Source of the DNA: Candidatus Hodarchaeota archaeon | GTDB lineage: Archaea > Asgardarchaeota > Heimdallarchaeia > Hodarchaeales > Hodarchaeaceae | Reading direction: 5' to 3' | Length of the DNA: 64,000 nucleotides | Assembly: GCA_016840035.1 (NCBI GenBank) | Contig: JAEOTC010000111.1 | Span: 1-64,000 of the forward strand | Part shown: piece by piece, positions 1 to 10,771 of the stretch | Numbering within the stretch: position 1 is the stretch's first letter | Layout of the letters: every line of letters begins with the position of its first letter | Made by a program: the position numbers and the translations under genes | Notes under the pieces: model-generated | The model's input: only the letters and a program-made list of their open reading frames with translations | Told to the model about the DNA's origin: nothing | Database searches by the model: none

Positions 1-864
1 ATATGGTTCGAGATGAACAATCATTGATGCATTAAGTTCCTGCTTCAAACGAGAAGTAACTTTTTCTGATACCTTATGACCTTCAAGAACTGACATCGAG
101 GGATCGACTAGGATGTGCATATCTCCTATGTATCCGCCTTGAATAGTGCGTACACGTACCAAATGAACTTCTTTAACTTCTGGAACACCTGAAGTGAGTG
201 CATGAATTCGTTGTAATACTTCTTCAGGGGGAGCTTTGTCCACAAGAATATTCCACCCTTCAATAAAGATTGTTAATCCAGTATAACCTATCAATACACA
301 GATAATTATGGCCATTATCGAATCTAGAATTCCTATTTCGAAAAAAGCAAATATCATACTTACTCCAACCAATATTGATGAAAAAACATCAGTTCGGAAG
401 TTTTTTGCATTGGCAATTAAAGCAGGGGAGTGAACTCTATTGCCGATGCCTAAGATAACATAAGAGATCAGAATCTTTAGAGCTACACTAAATACTGCGA
501 TCACCAAACCTGAAATATCAAATATAAACTGCTGTTGTGATATTAACTGATCCAATGCAGTCATAAAGATTTGAATACTAGAATAAGTTATCAAAACAAA
601 TATTCCGAGGGAAAAAAAGATCTCCATTTTTTCATGGCCGAAAGGATGTGAAGCATCAGGGGGTCTATTTGCTACTTTAACACCAATATATGCAAAGATA
701 GAGGTAATAATATCTAAGAATGAGTCTACTCCATCCGCTAGTAATGCAGTACTGCCGATAACAACACCAATTAGTAACTTAAGTATAGCCAGTAACATAT
801 TCACTGACACGGCCAGTATGGTGGCAAAACGTATTAACTGTCGGTCAGAATAGGTACTAAACAA
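1..864 (-). CDS. Cation diffusion facilitator (FieF/CzcD-like) transporter, 3' end runs off the window
   Basis: Not in the ORF track. Manual minus-strand translation from TTG at 864 gives ...ALLADGVDSFLDIITS...ANRPPDASHPFGHEKME, the CDF TM2 and HPFGH signature. Confidence 0.85.
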   Translation of the reverse strand, partial: MFSTYSDRQLIRFATILAVSVNMLLAILKLLIGVVIGSTALLADGVDSFLDIITSIFAYIGVKVANRPPDASHPFGHEKMEIFFSLGIFVLITYSSIQIFMTALDQLISQQQFIFDISGLVIAVFSVALKILISYVILGIGNRVHSPALIANAKNFRTDVFSSILVGVSMIFAFFEIGILDSIMAIIICVLIGYTGLTIFIEGWNILVDKAPPEEVLQRIHALTSGVPEVKEVHLVRVRTIQGGYIGDMHILVDPSMSVLEGHKVSEKVTSRLKQELNASMIVHLEPY

Positions 865-1124
865 AGCTCTTCACTCAAATTGGTAATTTTTAGTATACTT
901 TAAGTAAATCATGATTTATTTCTCAGAATAAATAAACCGAGTGTAAAAGTACTCTTTCGTCTGAACCCATCGTTTTAGCTAAAGACTAAAAAGGTCCGTT
1001 CTTCTTCGACATTCATGGATCTAAGGAGTAGGTTATTATAAGTTCAAACGATTTCTATGATTCCTTTGTCACGTCATCTCTTTTTTATACAAAAAAGAAT
1101 TCCCCAAAGGTACAATCTCTTTTT

Positions 1125-2429
1125 TTGGAGACACAAACAGAATCCACAGATATACTGTACATGGAAACTGATGATCCTGAACTAAATTCCTCTTCAGACG
1201 GGAGTACGTCACCAACTGTCGTATTATCTCCCAATATTACTCCAAAATCCACTTCAACTAGCACACAGATCTTACCAAAACATAAGATGGAAGTAAAACC
1301 ATTACCTTTATCCTCATTTTATCCTGAAGTTACTATCGAAAAAAAAATTGACGCTGGCACAATTAAAAAGAAAAAAAAGAAACAATCGAAAACTAAACAA
1401 CTTTTCTTAGATGCTCTAGCTGATAGTAAGATAAAGCTTAGCAAAATCAACGATAAAGGGCCATCCCTAAAGTCTAGCACCTTTCGAAAACAACGCCGTT
1501 TAATGAACAAAAAAAGAAAGGAAAAGGAAATAGAACGCACGATTACCTTGACCAATTTCATTCCTACGGAAGTACAAACTGAAATAACCAATGAAGTAGA
1601 CAAATCTGATCCAAAAACTGAGAATTATTTAAAAAAAGCAACTCAGATTAGACCAACCATAAGATCAGAAATCCCTGTGATAGGTAAAACTGACCAGTTT
1701 CCATTCACTACTCTTGCTGAATGGCTTATTTGGCACACCCATTTTCCAGAATTGGCGTTTGTAAGAGAAGCTTATGACGTAGATGCAGTACCGTCTGACA
1801 CTGATGAAATTTATTGGATTAATGTTATGAATGAGCCAGAATTTTTTACTTCCAATTGGAAAATGGCAGGTTCAATAATACACGACTTAAATCAAGCAAG
1901 AAGACTAGGCCCTCCCACCAGTGTGCCTGATTTCGATCTAGATTTTAGTCTTACAGAAGGATTATCCACACTGTTTACTGATACCTATTTGATTCTTACA
2001 AAAATGCCGAATGGACTAAAGAACCATCAATATCCCGTGTTACAGTTGGCTTTGAAAGGATTATTTCTATTGGAACTGATATATATGGATCATGGAAATT
2101 GGTTCGCCAAAGAATCAGAAGAAGTCTTGCATCAAAGAGTTAAAGTATTAGATAGGTTTATGCTTCTTCAGGAATCCGAAACAACATACGAAGAGGAGGT
2201 TAAATTGCTAATGGAATCAGGTGGATGGCAAGAGAGGATTGTATATTTTGATTTACTAATTTCTAAATCGATGTACTTATCCACATTCTCCCAGACACAT
2301 ATGACTGAAGAAGCGAAAGTAACCACTTTGAAAAAGTTACCTTATTCAGAAAGGATTCAATTAGAGTTGAAAAATATCAAGTTCTTAGATGAAAGAAGAG
2401 TAAACCTTCTCTCATCAAAGCTTTCATAA
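1125..2429 (+). CDS. Hypothetical protein with Ser/Thr- and Lys-rich disordered N-terminus and helical C-terminal domain
   Basis: 434-aa ORF with no recognisable motif; ATG at 1161 is an alternative start. Confidence 0.6.
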   Translation: METQTESTDILYMETDDPELNSSSDGSTSPTVVLSPNITPKSTSTSTQILPKHKMEVKPLPLSSFYPEVTIEKKIDAGTIKKKKKKQSKTKQLFLDALADSKIKLSKINDKGPSLKSSTFRKQRRLMNKKRKEKEIERTITLTNFIPTEVQTEITNEVDKSDPKTENYLKKATQIRPTIRSEIPVIGKTDQFPFTTLAEWLIWHTHFPELAFVREAYDVDAVPSDTDEIYWINVMNEPEFFTSNWKMAGSIIHDLNQARRLGPPTSVPDFDLDFSLTEGLSTLFTDTYLILTKMPNGLKNHQYPVLQLALKGLFLLELIYMDHGNWFAKESEEVLHQRVKVLDRFMLLQESETTYEEEVKLLMESGGWQERIVYFDLLISKSMYLSTFSQTHMTEEAKVTTLKKLPYSERIQLELKNIKFLDERRVNLLSSKLS

Positions 2430-2445
2430 AAAAATACTATATGTA

Positions 2446-3543
2446 TTAACGAGTAATCTTAAAACTCAAGACAGCATCACGAAGCTCACGTAATTTTGTA
2501 TTACTCTCGAAAGCGTTCCTCACAGGCTCAATGAGTTCATTCAAATAATAAGCGACTCCATTTTTCAAATCTGCAGGATGCAATTCATTTTTCAAGTATG
2601 CGGATTCTAAGGCTTCATATGTTGGATATTCAAGATCTCCCCCAAATTTCTTTGGCCGTTCGATCTTCATCTTTTCAAAGCTTTCAAAAACGAAATACTT
2701 TGCATAATCAAGGATCGGATTATCTTCTACAGTCTCGGGACAGTATGATTTATTGATCTTCTTCTTAATTTGAGCTTTAGTATCGGTCATATATATGGTA
2801 GCATCGGGTTTAGATTTAGACATTTTTAAATCCATAATACGATCTTCTAAACTTTCATAGGATTCCTTAGGTGCATTAAGTCCTAAAACCATATGATGAG
2901 AAATCACTACTGGTTTAGTGTCGTATAATTTAGGTCCAATTTCTCGTGCTAACATATTCACTTTGCGTTGATCCATACCTAGTTGGCATACATCAAGAGG
3001 ATTGCCATTGTTCAAATGAAAAATATCTGCACACTGCATGCAGGGATAAAGGATTTGTGATGCTTGTAATGCTTCTGATTGACTTCTACCCATAATTTGT
3101 GCAGTCCGAAGAATTCGTTTTAATGTTGAATTTCTTGCAATCTGCATTACTTTTTTCCAATACTCATCATCTTTAACAAGATCAGAGGCCCAAATAAAAT
3201 CAACATTCTTCAGATCCATCCCAGTTAATCGCCACACTTCAATTAAATATTCACCTGTGGTTTGAATGTTATCCAAGTCTCCACCAAGCTTATTATTTGC
3301 CCAAGCATGCCAATCTGCCACAAGCATTTTGAAGCGTGCTCCCGTTTTAATCATTTTGTTGACATTAATTGCACGTAAAACTCCTTGTGCAATATGGATC
3401 TGACCTGAGGGTTCAAATCCATCATAAGCAGTATATGTTTTTTTGGCATTAAGTAATTCTCTTAACTCATCTTCGGTTACAATTTCTTCTCCGACTGTTT
3501 TTATTAAGTTCATTCTTTTTTCGATATTCATAACATCTACCAA
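2446..3543 (-). CDS. tyrS: Tyrosine--tRNA ligase, archaeal/eukaryotic type
   Basis: YDGFEPSGQIHIAQG (HIGH variant), YPCMQCADI, QLGMDQRK, KMSKS, LHPADLK. Confidence 0.95.
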   Translation of the reverse strand: MVDVMNIEKRMNLIKTVGEEIVTEDELRELLNAKKTYTAYDGFEPSGQIHIAQGVLRAINVNKMIKTGARFKMLVADWHAWANNKLGGDLDNIQTTGEYLIEVWRLTGMDLKNVDFIWASDLVKDDEYWKKVMQIARNSTLKRILRTAQIMGRSQSEALQASQILYPCMQCADIFHLNNGNPLDVCQLGMDQRKVNMLAREIGPKLYDTKPVVISHHMVLGLNAPKESYESLEDRIMDLKMSKSKPDATIYMTDTKAQIKKKINKSYCPETVEDNPILDYAKYFVFESFEKMKIERPKKFGGDLEYPTYEALESAYLKNELHPADLKNGVAYYLNELIEPVRNAFESNTKLRELRDAVLSFKITR

Positions 3544-3632
3544 CTGCTATTTTCTGTATATATTGAACGTAAAAACTCCTAATATGATTCAGGATTCAGA
3601 TACACTAATAGAACGTTTTTTTCAAATATATC

Positions 3633-4400
3633 TTAACGGTTTTCTTGAGTGCTTTTCCACTGAGAATCATTGGTTCTTTCACCCCGATTTCGTAGTTTCT
3701 GAGCGGGTAATCCAATCCAGACCTCCCCAGGAGGAATTTTCTCCCCTTTTTTTACACCTGATTTAGCACCTAAAATAGAATTGTCACCAAATTCAACTCC
3801 ACAGGCAACAATACTATACGTTCCCACCATGCAGTTTTTTCCAATTTTAGTTGGACTTACAACAATAGAGGTTCCCTCGTTGGCATGTCCTGTCACAACT
3901 GAATTATACCCAATGAAAGAATTATCTCCTATTTCAACTAAACCCGCTGTCTCAATATAAGTTCGTGTAGTAATGTATACGTTCTTCCCAACCTTTAATC
4001 CGTATAATCGCATTAATTGAGGGAACAAAAGAATACCCCATATGAATGGTAAGGCAGTATAAACCTTTAACATGGACTTGAAGATTCCATCAGCGGTGAT
4101 TCGTACAGCAACTAATCTTCCTAGAGAGGAATAACGAGGGTAGATTCCAGGCTCGATAATAAATGGTAGGGTAAATCGGACAACAAATTGCGAATGAATC
4201 ACTCCAAAGAAGAGGACGGTGAATGAATATGTTAAAAATAGATACAACGGGGACAATAGATAATGAATTAGTCCTAGATCTGAAGAAGTGACAAGAAAAT
4301 AAACTAACCAACCTTCTGGAAAGAATGATAAGACTAAAACGATGAATGTAAGTGAAAAATATAGGATTATGCGTAAATCATTAATTACCGCCATGAACAA
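3633..4400 (-). CDS. Membrane-anchored hexapeptide-repeat (left-handed beta-helix) acyltransferase-like protein
   Basis: Two N-terminal hydrophobic segments; repeats VGKNVY, IGDNSF, IGKNCM, FGDNSI; WIGLPA end motif. Confidence 0.75.
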   Translation of the reverse strand: MFMAVINDLRIILYFSLTFIVLVLSFFPEGWLVYFLVTSSDLGLIHYLLSPLYLFLTYSFTVLFFGVIHSQFVVRFTLPFIIEPGIYPRYSSLGRLVAVRITADGIFKSMLKVYTALPFIWGILLFPQLMRLYGLKVGKNVYITTRTYIETAGLVEIGDNSFIGYNSVVTGHANEGTSIVVSPTKIGKNCMVGTYSIVACGVEFGDNSILGAKSGVKKGEKIPPGEVWIGLPAQKLRNRGERTNDSQWKSTQENR

Positions 4401-4496
4401 TAATTTTTCTTCAATGAATAAATCTCTTGAGATATTTCAGTAATCGTTCACTATTTAAACAAGACTTCAGCTATACGTTTCAACCCCTTCTTTTCT

Positions 4497-6179
4497 GTGA
4501 TTGGTATGGTAAAGATTAGATGTAGTTTGGTATTACTCTTGTTGGCACTTAATTTCTGTTCAGTTACTTCTACAAATGCTTTAAACACAAATTTTATAAG
4601 TACCATTCAAGTTCAAACAGTTAACTTCCCAACTAATACTACTCCATTAGAAGAAATTGATTTAGTTTACCCTACAGGTTACCATAATTTATCTCAAGTA
4701 TATGAAGAATTGAATTTTTTTAATAAATCCGCAGAAACCTTAATTGATTATTCTGATATTGGTCTTTCATACAGGAGTAATCCAATTCCACTTATAACTT
4801 TAACAAATGAAAAAATACCCGCCTATATGAAGGGAAAAACTTTCATTGTTGCCCATCATCATGCAAGGGAATTTTGCACAATTGAACATGTTCTCCGCAT
4901 GATCAAAGATCTACTCAACGAGTATGGGAGAGACGATCAAACAACTTTCCTTTTAGATCACTTTATAGTGTACATTATTGTTACATTAAACCCTGACGCG
5001 TTAAATATTGCTCTCTATGAAAATGAATGGCAAAGAAAAACAACTCGACCCATTGATGAAGATGGTGATGGGTTATATGACGAAGATCCTCCAGAGGATA
5101 TCGATAATGATGGACGTATTAGAGAATTTGCTATCGCTAGAAAGGGCATATGGGAGTGGACAGTCTTCTACGAGGGTATAGACAACGATAATGATTCATT
5201 AATCAACGAGGATCGAATTGGAGGAGTAGATCTTAATCGAAATTATCCATTCCATTGGAATGATAATTCCACAGATAGTGGTTGGGGTAATAATACCTCT
5301 TCGTTTACTTTTCCTGGATTTCATCCACTTTCAGAACCAGAATCGCTAGCGTTAACTCAGTTTGTGGTACAACACAATTTCACTCAATCATTAAGTTTGC
5401 ATTCTGGCACAAATACCTCAATGCTTGGATGGTCATACACAAATACATCTCAAGCGGAAGCTTCACTCTATACTACAATTAAATACCATCTTCAACTCCG
5501 AGAAGTGCTTCCAGAAAGCTTCTTTTCACAGGAAAATGAACTGGATTACACAACAGCGGGAGAATGGGGAGATTGGATGTATTCAACCCAAAATTCAATT
5601 CCTATGACATTAGAAATATACCATATGGAAGGGAGTGAAGATTGGTACTATTATGAGCAAAATTCGACTCATGAAACTTGGTCAAGAAATACTCTATGGG
5701 AATACTTCAATCCTCCAGCAGAGAGGATAGATTCTCTCCACGAAGATATAATGCCTTTTGAGAAATATTGGATAGGTTTAACTCCGTATATCAAATTTAA
5801 TGGATTTACGAATTGGAGTGTTTCAAACACTGAATATGAAATTATTGTAAATGTGGCCACAGGATCACAATTCTTTAATACAACAGATAATCCACGAATC
5901 ATTCTATCTTCTTCGCATAATAATATAATAGAGAATTATACTCGAACTCTTCCAACGCTTCTTCGTCATGAGACGGATAAAATTAGGATTCGGATAAACA
6001 AAGATATTCCAAATGGTTTCACGATGGATTTGAATGTTACTTCAGAATGGGCTAGTGATCTATTCCTCCATATAAAAGTTAATTCTACTCAGACAAGACA
6101 AACTGAGGGATTTAATCAAATATATCTTCTAGCTAGCATAGCGGTTCTAGTTATAATGATGAGAAGAAAAAATCGATGA
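4497..6179 (+). CDS. Secreted M14 zinc carboxypeptidase with C-terminal membrane anchor
   Basis: Signal peptide; HHARE (HxxE), NPD, GVDLNRN, SEPES, SLHSG; C-terminal EGF-TM-RRKNR tail. Confidence 0.9.
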   Translation: MIGMVKIRCSLVLLLLALNFCSVTSTNALNTNFISTIQVQTVNFPTNTTPLEEIDLVYPTGYHNLSQVYEELNFFNKSAETLIDYSDIGLSYRSNPIPLITLTNEKIPAYMKGKTFIVAHHHAREFCTIEHVLRMIKDLLNEYGRDDQTTFLLDHFIVYIIVTLNPDALNIALYENEWQRKTTRPIDEDGDGLYDEDPPEDIDNDGRIREFAIARKGIWEWTVFYEGIDNDNDSLINEDRIGGVDLNRNYPFHWNDNSTDSGWGNNTSSFTFPGFHPLSEPESLALTQFVVQHNFTQSLSLHSGTNTSMLGWSYTNTSQAEASLYTTIKYHLQLREVLPESFFSQENELDYTTAGEWGDWMYSTQNSIPMTLEIYHMEGSEDWYYYEQNSTHETWSRNTLWEYFNPPAERIDSLHEDIMPFEKYWIGLTPYIKFNGFTNWSVSNTEYEIIVNVATGSQFFNTTDNPRIILSSSHNNIIENYTRTLPTLLRHETDKIRIRINKDIPNGFTMDLNVTSEWASDLFLHIKVNSTQTRQTEGFNQIYLLASIAVLVIMMRRKNR

Positions 6180-6187
6180 ATTATTGG

Positions 6188-7231
6188 TTATCTTGTGATT
6201 TTCCCCGGTAAGTAAAAATTGTAACTCCTTCGAAGCATACGGGTCTGTAAGTATCGATCCATGCGACGTGCAGCCTGGAAAATTACCCATATCTGGCGGT
6301 CACCTAAAAATCCATTGTAATATCTATCAACCTCCAAGTAGCTTAACGGTTCTATTTCTAATTCTGGAACTTCATGTAAATAAAACTCGTTAACAAGTTT
6401 AATTAAGCTTGGTATTAATTCTGGCTTTTGTTCCTTAAAAAAATTTGCTAATAGATCAATGGTAACTAATCTAAAATCATAGTAACGACTAACAACTTCT
6501 TCCAGAAATAATGCCTCCAAGGCCCATCTTAAGAAGGATGGAGCACTTTTCAAAAATAGAATGGGTTCCATTGCATCGACAGAGTTTATTCGCACCATTG
6601 GTGTACTGGTATCAAGGTAGATTAGTTCTGATGATTCAGATATGCCTGGATCTTCTGGATCATATCCCTTTACTGCCCAATTTGAGATCTGTCCATCGAT
6701 TCCGACCTCCAATTTTTGAGATCTCTTGTTAAAAAGCCAAATCTTTGAAAGCTTCCTCATTATCAGCTTGACCAGTATCTTAATATCGTTTTGAGAAATA
6801 TCATGATGAATGATCGAATTCCCTATTGAGGAGGAACTAATTTTCTCTTGTGCACAATATAGAGCAATGGTTTCATCATTCGATTTAAGCCAGACTGAAT
6901 CCTCTGGAGGAATCTCAATACCAATTTTAGCCAATATTTGATGGTAAATCTCATATGCAGCAATATGTCTCTTTACCTGTCCCTCAGTATCAAATATTGG
7001 TAACCTTTTATAGGCAATGGGTTCAGTAGAGTTAACGAATTCGAATACCAAACTTATTTCTCCGTAACCCAATATGTGTATTGGGATTTTTCCTTTTTCA
7101 GGGTGTAAAGTATTAATAGATCTCTCAAATTCTTGAATTAGGTTGATATCGATCTTCATTTTGAATCCACAAATTCTTCCAATAGATATTACCTGTTTAG
7201 AGAGGCTTCCAGTTAAAAGGATTTGTGTCAT
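6188..7231 (-). CDS. DUF6206-like protein with protein-kinase-like motifs (alternative start ATG 7159)
   Basis: LGYGEIS, AYKRLP, IDGQISNW, YLDTSTP; family recalled from these motifs. Confidence 0.65.
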   Translation of the reverse strand: MTQILLTGSLSKQVISIGRICGFKMKIDINLIQEFERSINTLHPEKGKIPIHILGYGEISLVFEFVNSTEPIAYKRLPIFDTEGQVKRHIAAYEIYHQILAKIGIEIPPEDSVWLKSNDETIALYCAQEKISSSSIGNSIIHHDISQNDIKILVKLIMRKLSKIWLFNKRSQKLEVGIDGQISNWAVKGYDPEDPGISESSELIYLDTSTPMVRINSVDAMEPILFLKSAPSFLRWALEALFLEEVVSRYYDFRLVTIDLLANFFKEQKPELIPSLIKLVNEFYLHEVPELEIEPLSYLEVDRYYNGFLGDRQIWVIFQAARRMDRYLQTRMLRRSYNFYLPGKITR

Positions 7232-7316
7232 TCGTCTAAGTACCTCTCTGCATAGTATCTCATTCTATCCAATTCTTTATAATGGGAGTAAAATCTCCTA
7301 TTTTTTGATTCCTAAT

Positions 7317-7955
7317 ATGAGCTCACCAATAATCAGCTATTTTGGAGGGTCTTGCTTTCTATTAGAAAGTGAGTCTTTCAAGATATTAATAGATCCAGGG
7401 ACAAAGGGTATCGGACGAATGAAGGGAGACATAGTTTATGCTACTCATCGCCACTTTGATCACACAAGAGGGATCAAAGAATTTCTAGTATATAATGATG
7501 AATCGTCAATATTGATTAGCAATGAACAAGTAACAGAAAATTACAAAAGTTTTGGAGAGCGTGTTAAAACTATCGAGAGCGGAGAACAATTGATTTTTGG
7601 TGATTTAAAACTGGAATTTGTTCAAGCCAGACATGGAATATTTAAAAGCGAATTGAATTTAGCTATTGTAATAAGTACCCCAGATTTCAAATTTGCCCAT
7701 TTAGGGGATGCAGTCTCCTTCGAGGGTTTGATTGGAATGAAGTTAGATGTTCTAGCGGTACCAATCGGTGGATTCTTTACCGCATCACCGAAACGTTCAA
7801 TGGATGAATTAGCTAAATTTGACATACCACCAAAAACCATTATACCCATGCACTGGTTATTTAGATCTCCTAAAAGATTCTGCAAGAAAATTACAGAACT
7901 CTTTCCACAAATGAAATGTATTGTCCCGAAAAAGGGTAAAACTATATCTTATTAA
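7317..7955 (+). CDS. Metallo-beta-lactamase-fold hydrolase
   Basis: ILIDP, THRHFDH (HxHxDH), HLGD, IIPMHW; start moved to ATG 7317 to avoid overlap with the divergent gene. Confidence 0.85.
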   Translation: MSSPIISYFGGSCFLLESESFKILIDPGTKGIGRMKGDIVYATHRHFDHTRGIKEFLVYNDESSILISNEQVTENYKSFGERVKTIESGEQLIFGDLKLEFVQARHGIFKSELNLAIVISTPDFKFAHLGDAVSFEGLIGMKLDVLAVPIGGFFTASPKRSMDELAKFDIPPKTIIPMHWLFRSPKRFCKKITELFPQMKCIVPKKGKTISY

Positions 7956-7970
7956 TTTGGAGGAAAAATT

Positions 7971-8747
7971 ATGCATATTCAACTAGTATTCAATGTATGG
8001 GAAAGTAGAGCTTTCATTGCAAAGGCAATAATGAATCATCCTGATATTCAAGAGCATTTAACAACTGGAACTATAGCAATCGGTAGGGGTATAACAAATG
8101 CTTTCATTTTACAAGAATTTTTAAATGCTACAGGTAATTCGGATTTTGAAATTGATATTAATAACTATGTTGCGGGAGTGATTGATGGATCATTGTGGAT
8201 TTCACATCCTGACACCCGAACCCCTGAAGTTATTTTTCGCCAAGGAAAACCTCGCATAATACCTATTGCAGATTCAGTAGATTCGTGTAATCTCATTATT
8301 AAAGGAGGAAATACCCTTGGTACTGATTGGGTTGCAGGAGTACTATGTGCACATCCTGAAGGTGGCACAATAGGATCCGTTTATGCTACAGCTATTTCTA
8401 GAGGAATTAAAATACTCGTACCAATATCTGTTCAGAAATCAATTCCTTTTCCTGTTGCAGAAATTGTACCAGAACTTGGGGGACAAAACAAGATCGATTA
8501 TGCAAGGGGTTTACCTGTTAGTTTATTTCCTATAATAGGGGGAGAAATCTTCTCAGAAATAGAGGCTATGGATACTATAGCAACAGTTAATGCATACCCA
8601 ATCGCTGCAGGGGGAGTGTATAATGGTGCAGGTGCCTCTGTGTTTGAAGTTTCAGGACCCGATACTGAAGTACAAAAAGTAAAAGACTTATATGAGGAAA
8701 TAAAAGATATTAAACCATTAAATGTGAATTTGAAACCTCACACTTAA
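7971..8747 (+). CDS. Conserved hypothetical protein, alpha/beta enzyme-like
   Basis: GGAGG RBS upstream; Gly-rich conserved-looking motifs IKGGN, HPEGGTIG, AAGGVYNG. Confidence 0.6.
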   Translation: MHIQLVFNVWESRAFIAKAIMNHPDIQEHLTTGTIAIGRGITNAFILQEFLNATGNSDFEIDINNYVAGVIDGSLWISHPDTRTPEVIFRQGKPRIIPIADSVDSCNLIIKGGNTLGTDWVAGVLCAHPEGGTIGSVYATAISRGIKILVPISVQKSIPFPVAEIVPELGGQNKIDYARGLPVSLFPIIGGEIFSEIEAMDTIATVNAYPIAAGGVYNGAGASVFEVSGPDTEVQKVKDLYEEIKDIKPLNVNLKPHT

Positions 8748-9424
8748 AGATATTCGGACAAATCTAATTCTGTAAATGAATTGATTATCAGATCAGAATC
8801 TTTGAGTCTTTCTTCGGTAAAAGACGTCGTTATAGCAATTACAAACATTCCTGCATCTTTAGCTGCCTTTATCCCCGCTGGGGTATCTTCAATTGCAATG
8901 CATTTTTCTGGTGCAACGTCTAGACTCTCGGCTGCTTTCAAGAAAATATCTGGAAAGGGTTTACTTCTTAATCCTTTCTCCGCTCCTGTAAGAGAATCGA
9001 ATGAATTGTCAAGAATTACCTGTTTAAGATTGAACTGGATCTTTTTTATTGATCCTGAGGAGGCCACACCGATTTTCCACTCGAGTTTTCGTGCTTGATC
9101 AATAATTCCATCAATTCCGGGAATTCTGGTTAATTTACTTTTAGCTATTTCGAGATATACTTGATCTTTCAACTTAATTAGATAGGCAATCTTTTCTTCA
9201 GTCCCTGAGAGATTAAATAGATTGAAATAATGAGTTACAGATGCTCTAGATGTTCCCCCCATAATTGGTTCATAATCTGTTCCTATGTCTACCCCGTATT
9301 CTTTATCAAATACGATATTCCAGGCACCACAACTTAATGGTTCTGAATCGACGATTACTCCGTCACAATCAAGAATCAGAGCTTCTATAGACTTTGTGGA
9401 ATGGTGACTCGGTCTTTTCTTCAT
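8744..9424 (-). CDS. HAD-family phosphatase (beta-phosphoglucomutase/CbbY-like)
   Basis: DCDGVIVDSE, ASS, KPFPDIF, IEDTPAGIKAA. Confidence 0.9.
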   Translation of the reverse strand: MKKRPSHHSTKSIEALILDCDGVIVDSEPLSCGAWNIVFDKEYGVDIGTDYEPIMGGTSRASVTHYFNLFNLSGTEEKIAYLIKLKDQVYLEIAKSKLTRIPGIDGIIDQARKLEWKIGVASSGSIKKIQFNLKQVILDNSFDSLTGAEKGLRSKPFPDIFLKAAESLDVAPEKCIAIEDTPAGIKAAKDAGMFVIAITTSFTEERLKDSDLIINSFTELDLSEYL

Positions 9425-9440
9425 AAGTGGGAAGGAAAAT

Positions 9441-10733
9441 TCAGAGATTCTTTAATGCTGTGGTAATTCTCGTAAGAATTTCATGGATTTGGGATTCTGA
9501 GATAATCAATGGGGGTAAAAACTTACTAGTGGCTTTATGATTACCACAATAGTCACAAAATACTCCATTTCTTACAGAACTTAGTACAAAGTAAAGGGAA
9601 GTAAACTCATCAATAAATTCAATTCCCCACATTAAGCCCCTTCCACGAACTTCTTTTATCTGAACAGAAAACTCATCATGTAAATGTTTTAACCCATTAC
9701 CAAATATTTTACCCATTTTCTTAACATGGTCTAAGAATAATGGCTTTGATATTATGTTCAACATTTCGCGAGTTACGTAACAGCCTAATTCAGACCCCCC
9801 TGTGGTAGATATATGGAGAAATGGATCTTCCTCAAATACAGCCTCTAATTCGGGTATATAACTTGTTGTTGAGAGTGGATACACTCCTGCACTCATCCCT
9901 TTCGCCAAAACGATTATGTCTGGTACCACTTTTTCTGTAGGATAGAGTCCTCCATTAATCGCCCACATTTTCCCTGTCCTTCCTAGACCTGCTTGTACTT
10001 CATCTGCAATCATCATAACATTCTTTTCATTACAAAGCTCGCGTACTTCAGAGAAATAACCTTCGGGTGGAATCAGAATTCCTCCTGTTGCGGGGATGGT
10101 TTCAAATAGTACACATGCAGTTTCTTCATCAATCGTATTTCTTAATGCATCAATATCAGCAAATGGAACTTGTACAAAATCAGATGAATCCCAAAAGAAT
10201 GGATCTTTAAAACTAGGTGCACATGCCCCAAGAGCAAAACCTGTGACTCCATGATAGGCCCGTTTAGCCGATATAATTTTCCTTCTTTTTGTAAATGCTC
10301 TTGATAATTTTATTGCTAAATCTATCGCTTCACCACCTCCAACAGAAAACATAGTTTTTGATATTTTTCCTGGTAATAAATCTGCAAGCTGTTTAGCTAA
10401 TAAAGCTCTTTGTTCGCTTAGTAAATGATGATCACCAATATCAAGACCTAATTCCAAACCCTCTTTCAACGCCTTGTTAATTTCAGGATGGTGATGACCC
10501 AAATTAAATACTCCTCCACTTGTATGACAGTCTATTAATTCTAATGGCTCATTCCCATCCTTTCCTTCCAGCATATGAATTTTGATCCCTTCACGTTTGG
10601 CTTGAATTACTCCCAATCCAATTTGTCTGAAGAATGATGCCTTCGGTTCAGAAACATACTTTGCGTATAATTCTACTAATGTATCTTGATTCTTTGTTCC
10701 AAAAACCCTTTTTTCGTGCATATTCCCAATCAT
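9441..10733 (-). CDS. Class III PLP-dependent aminotransferase (putrescine/ornithine aminotransferase-like)
   Basis: FNLGHHHP, GGEAID, AYHG, IADEVQAGLGRTG, LAKGMSAG, RGRGLM. Confidence 0.9.
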   Translation of the reverse strand: MIGNMHEKRVFGTKNQDTLVELYAKYVSEPKASFFRQIGLGVIQAKREGIKIHMLEGKDGNEPLELIDCHTSGGVFNLGHHHPEINKALKEGLELGLDIGDHHLLSEQRALLAKQLADLLPGKISKTMFSVGGGEAIDLAIKLSRAFTKRRKIISAKRAYHGVTGFALGACAPSFKDPFFWDSSDFVQVPFADIDALRNTIDEETACVLFETIPATGGILIPPEGYFSEVRELCNEKNVMMIADEVQAGLGRTGKMWAINGGLYPTEKVVPDIIVLAKGMSAGVYPLSTTSYIPELEAVFEEDPFLHISTTGGSELGCYVTREMLNIISKPLFLDHVKKMGKIFGNGLKHLHDEFSVQIKEVRGRGLMWGIEFIDEFTSLYFVLSSVRNGVFCDYCGNHKATSKFLPPLIISESQIHEILTRITTALKNL

Positions 10734-10771
10734 GAATCAAGTAAAATAAAAACATATTGAGAGGCAGTAAG

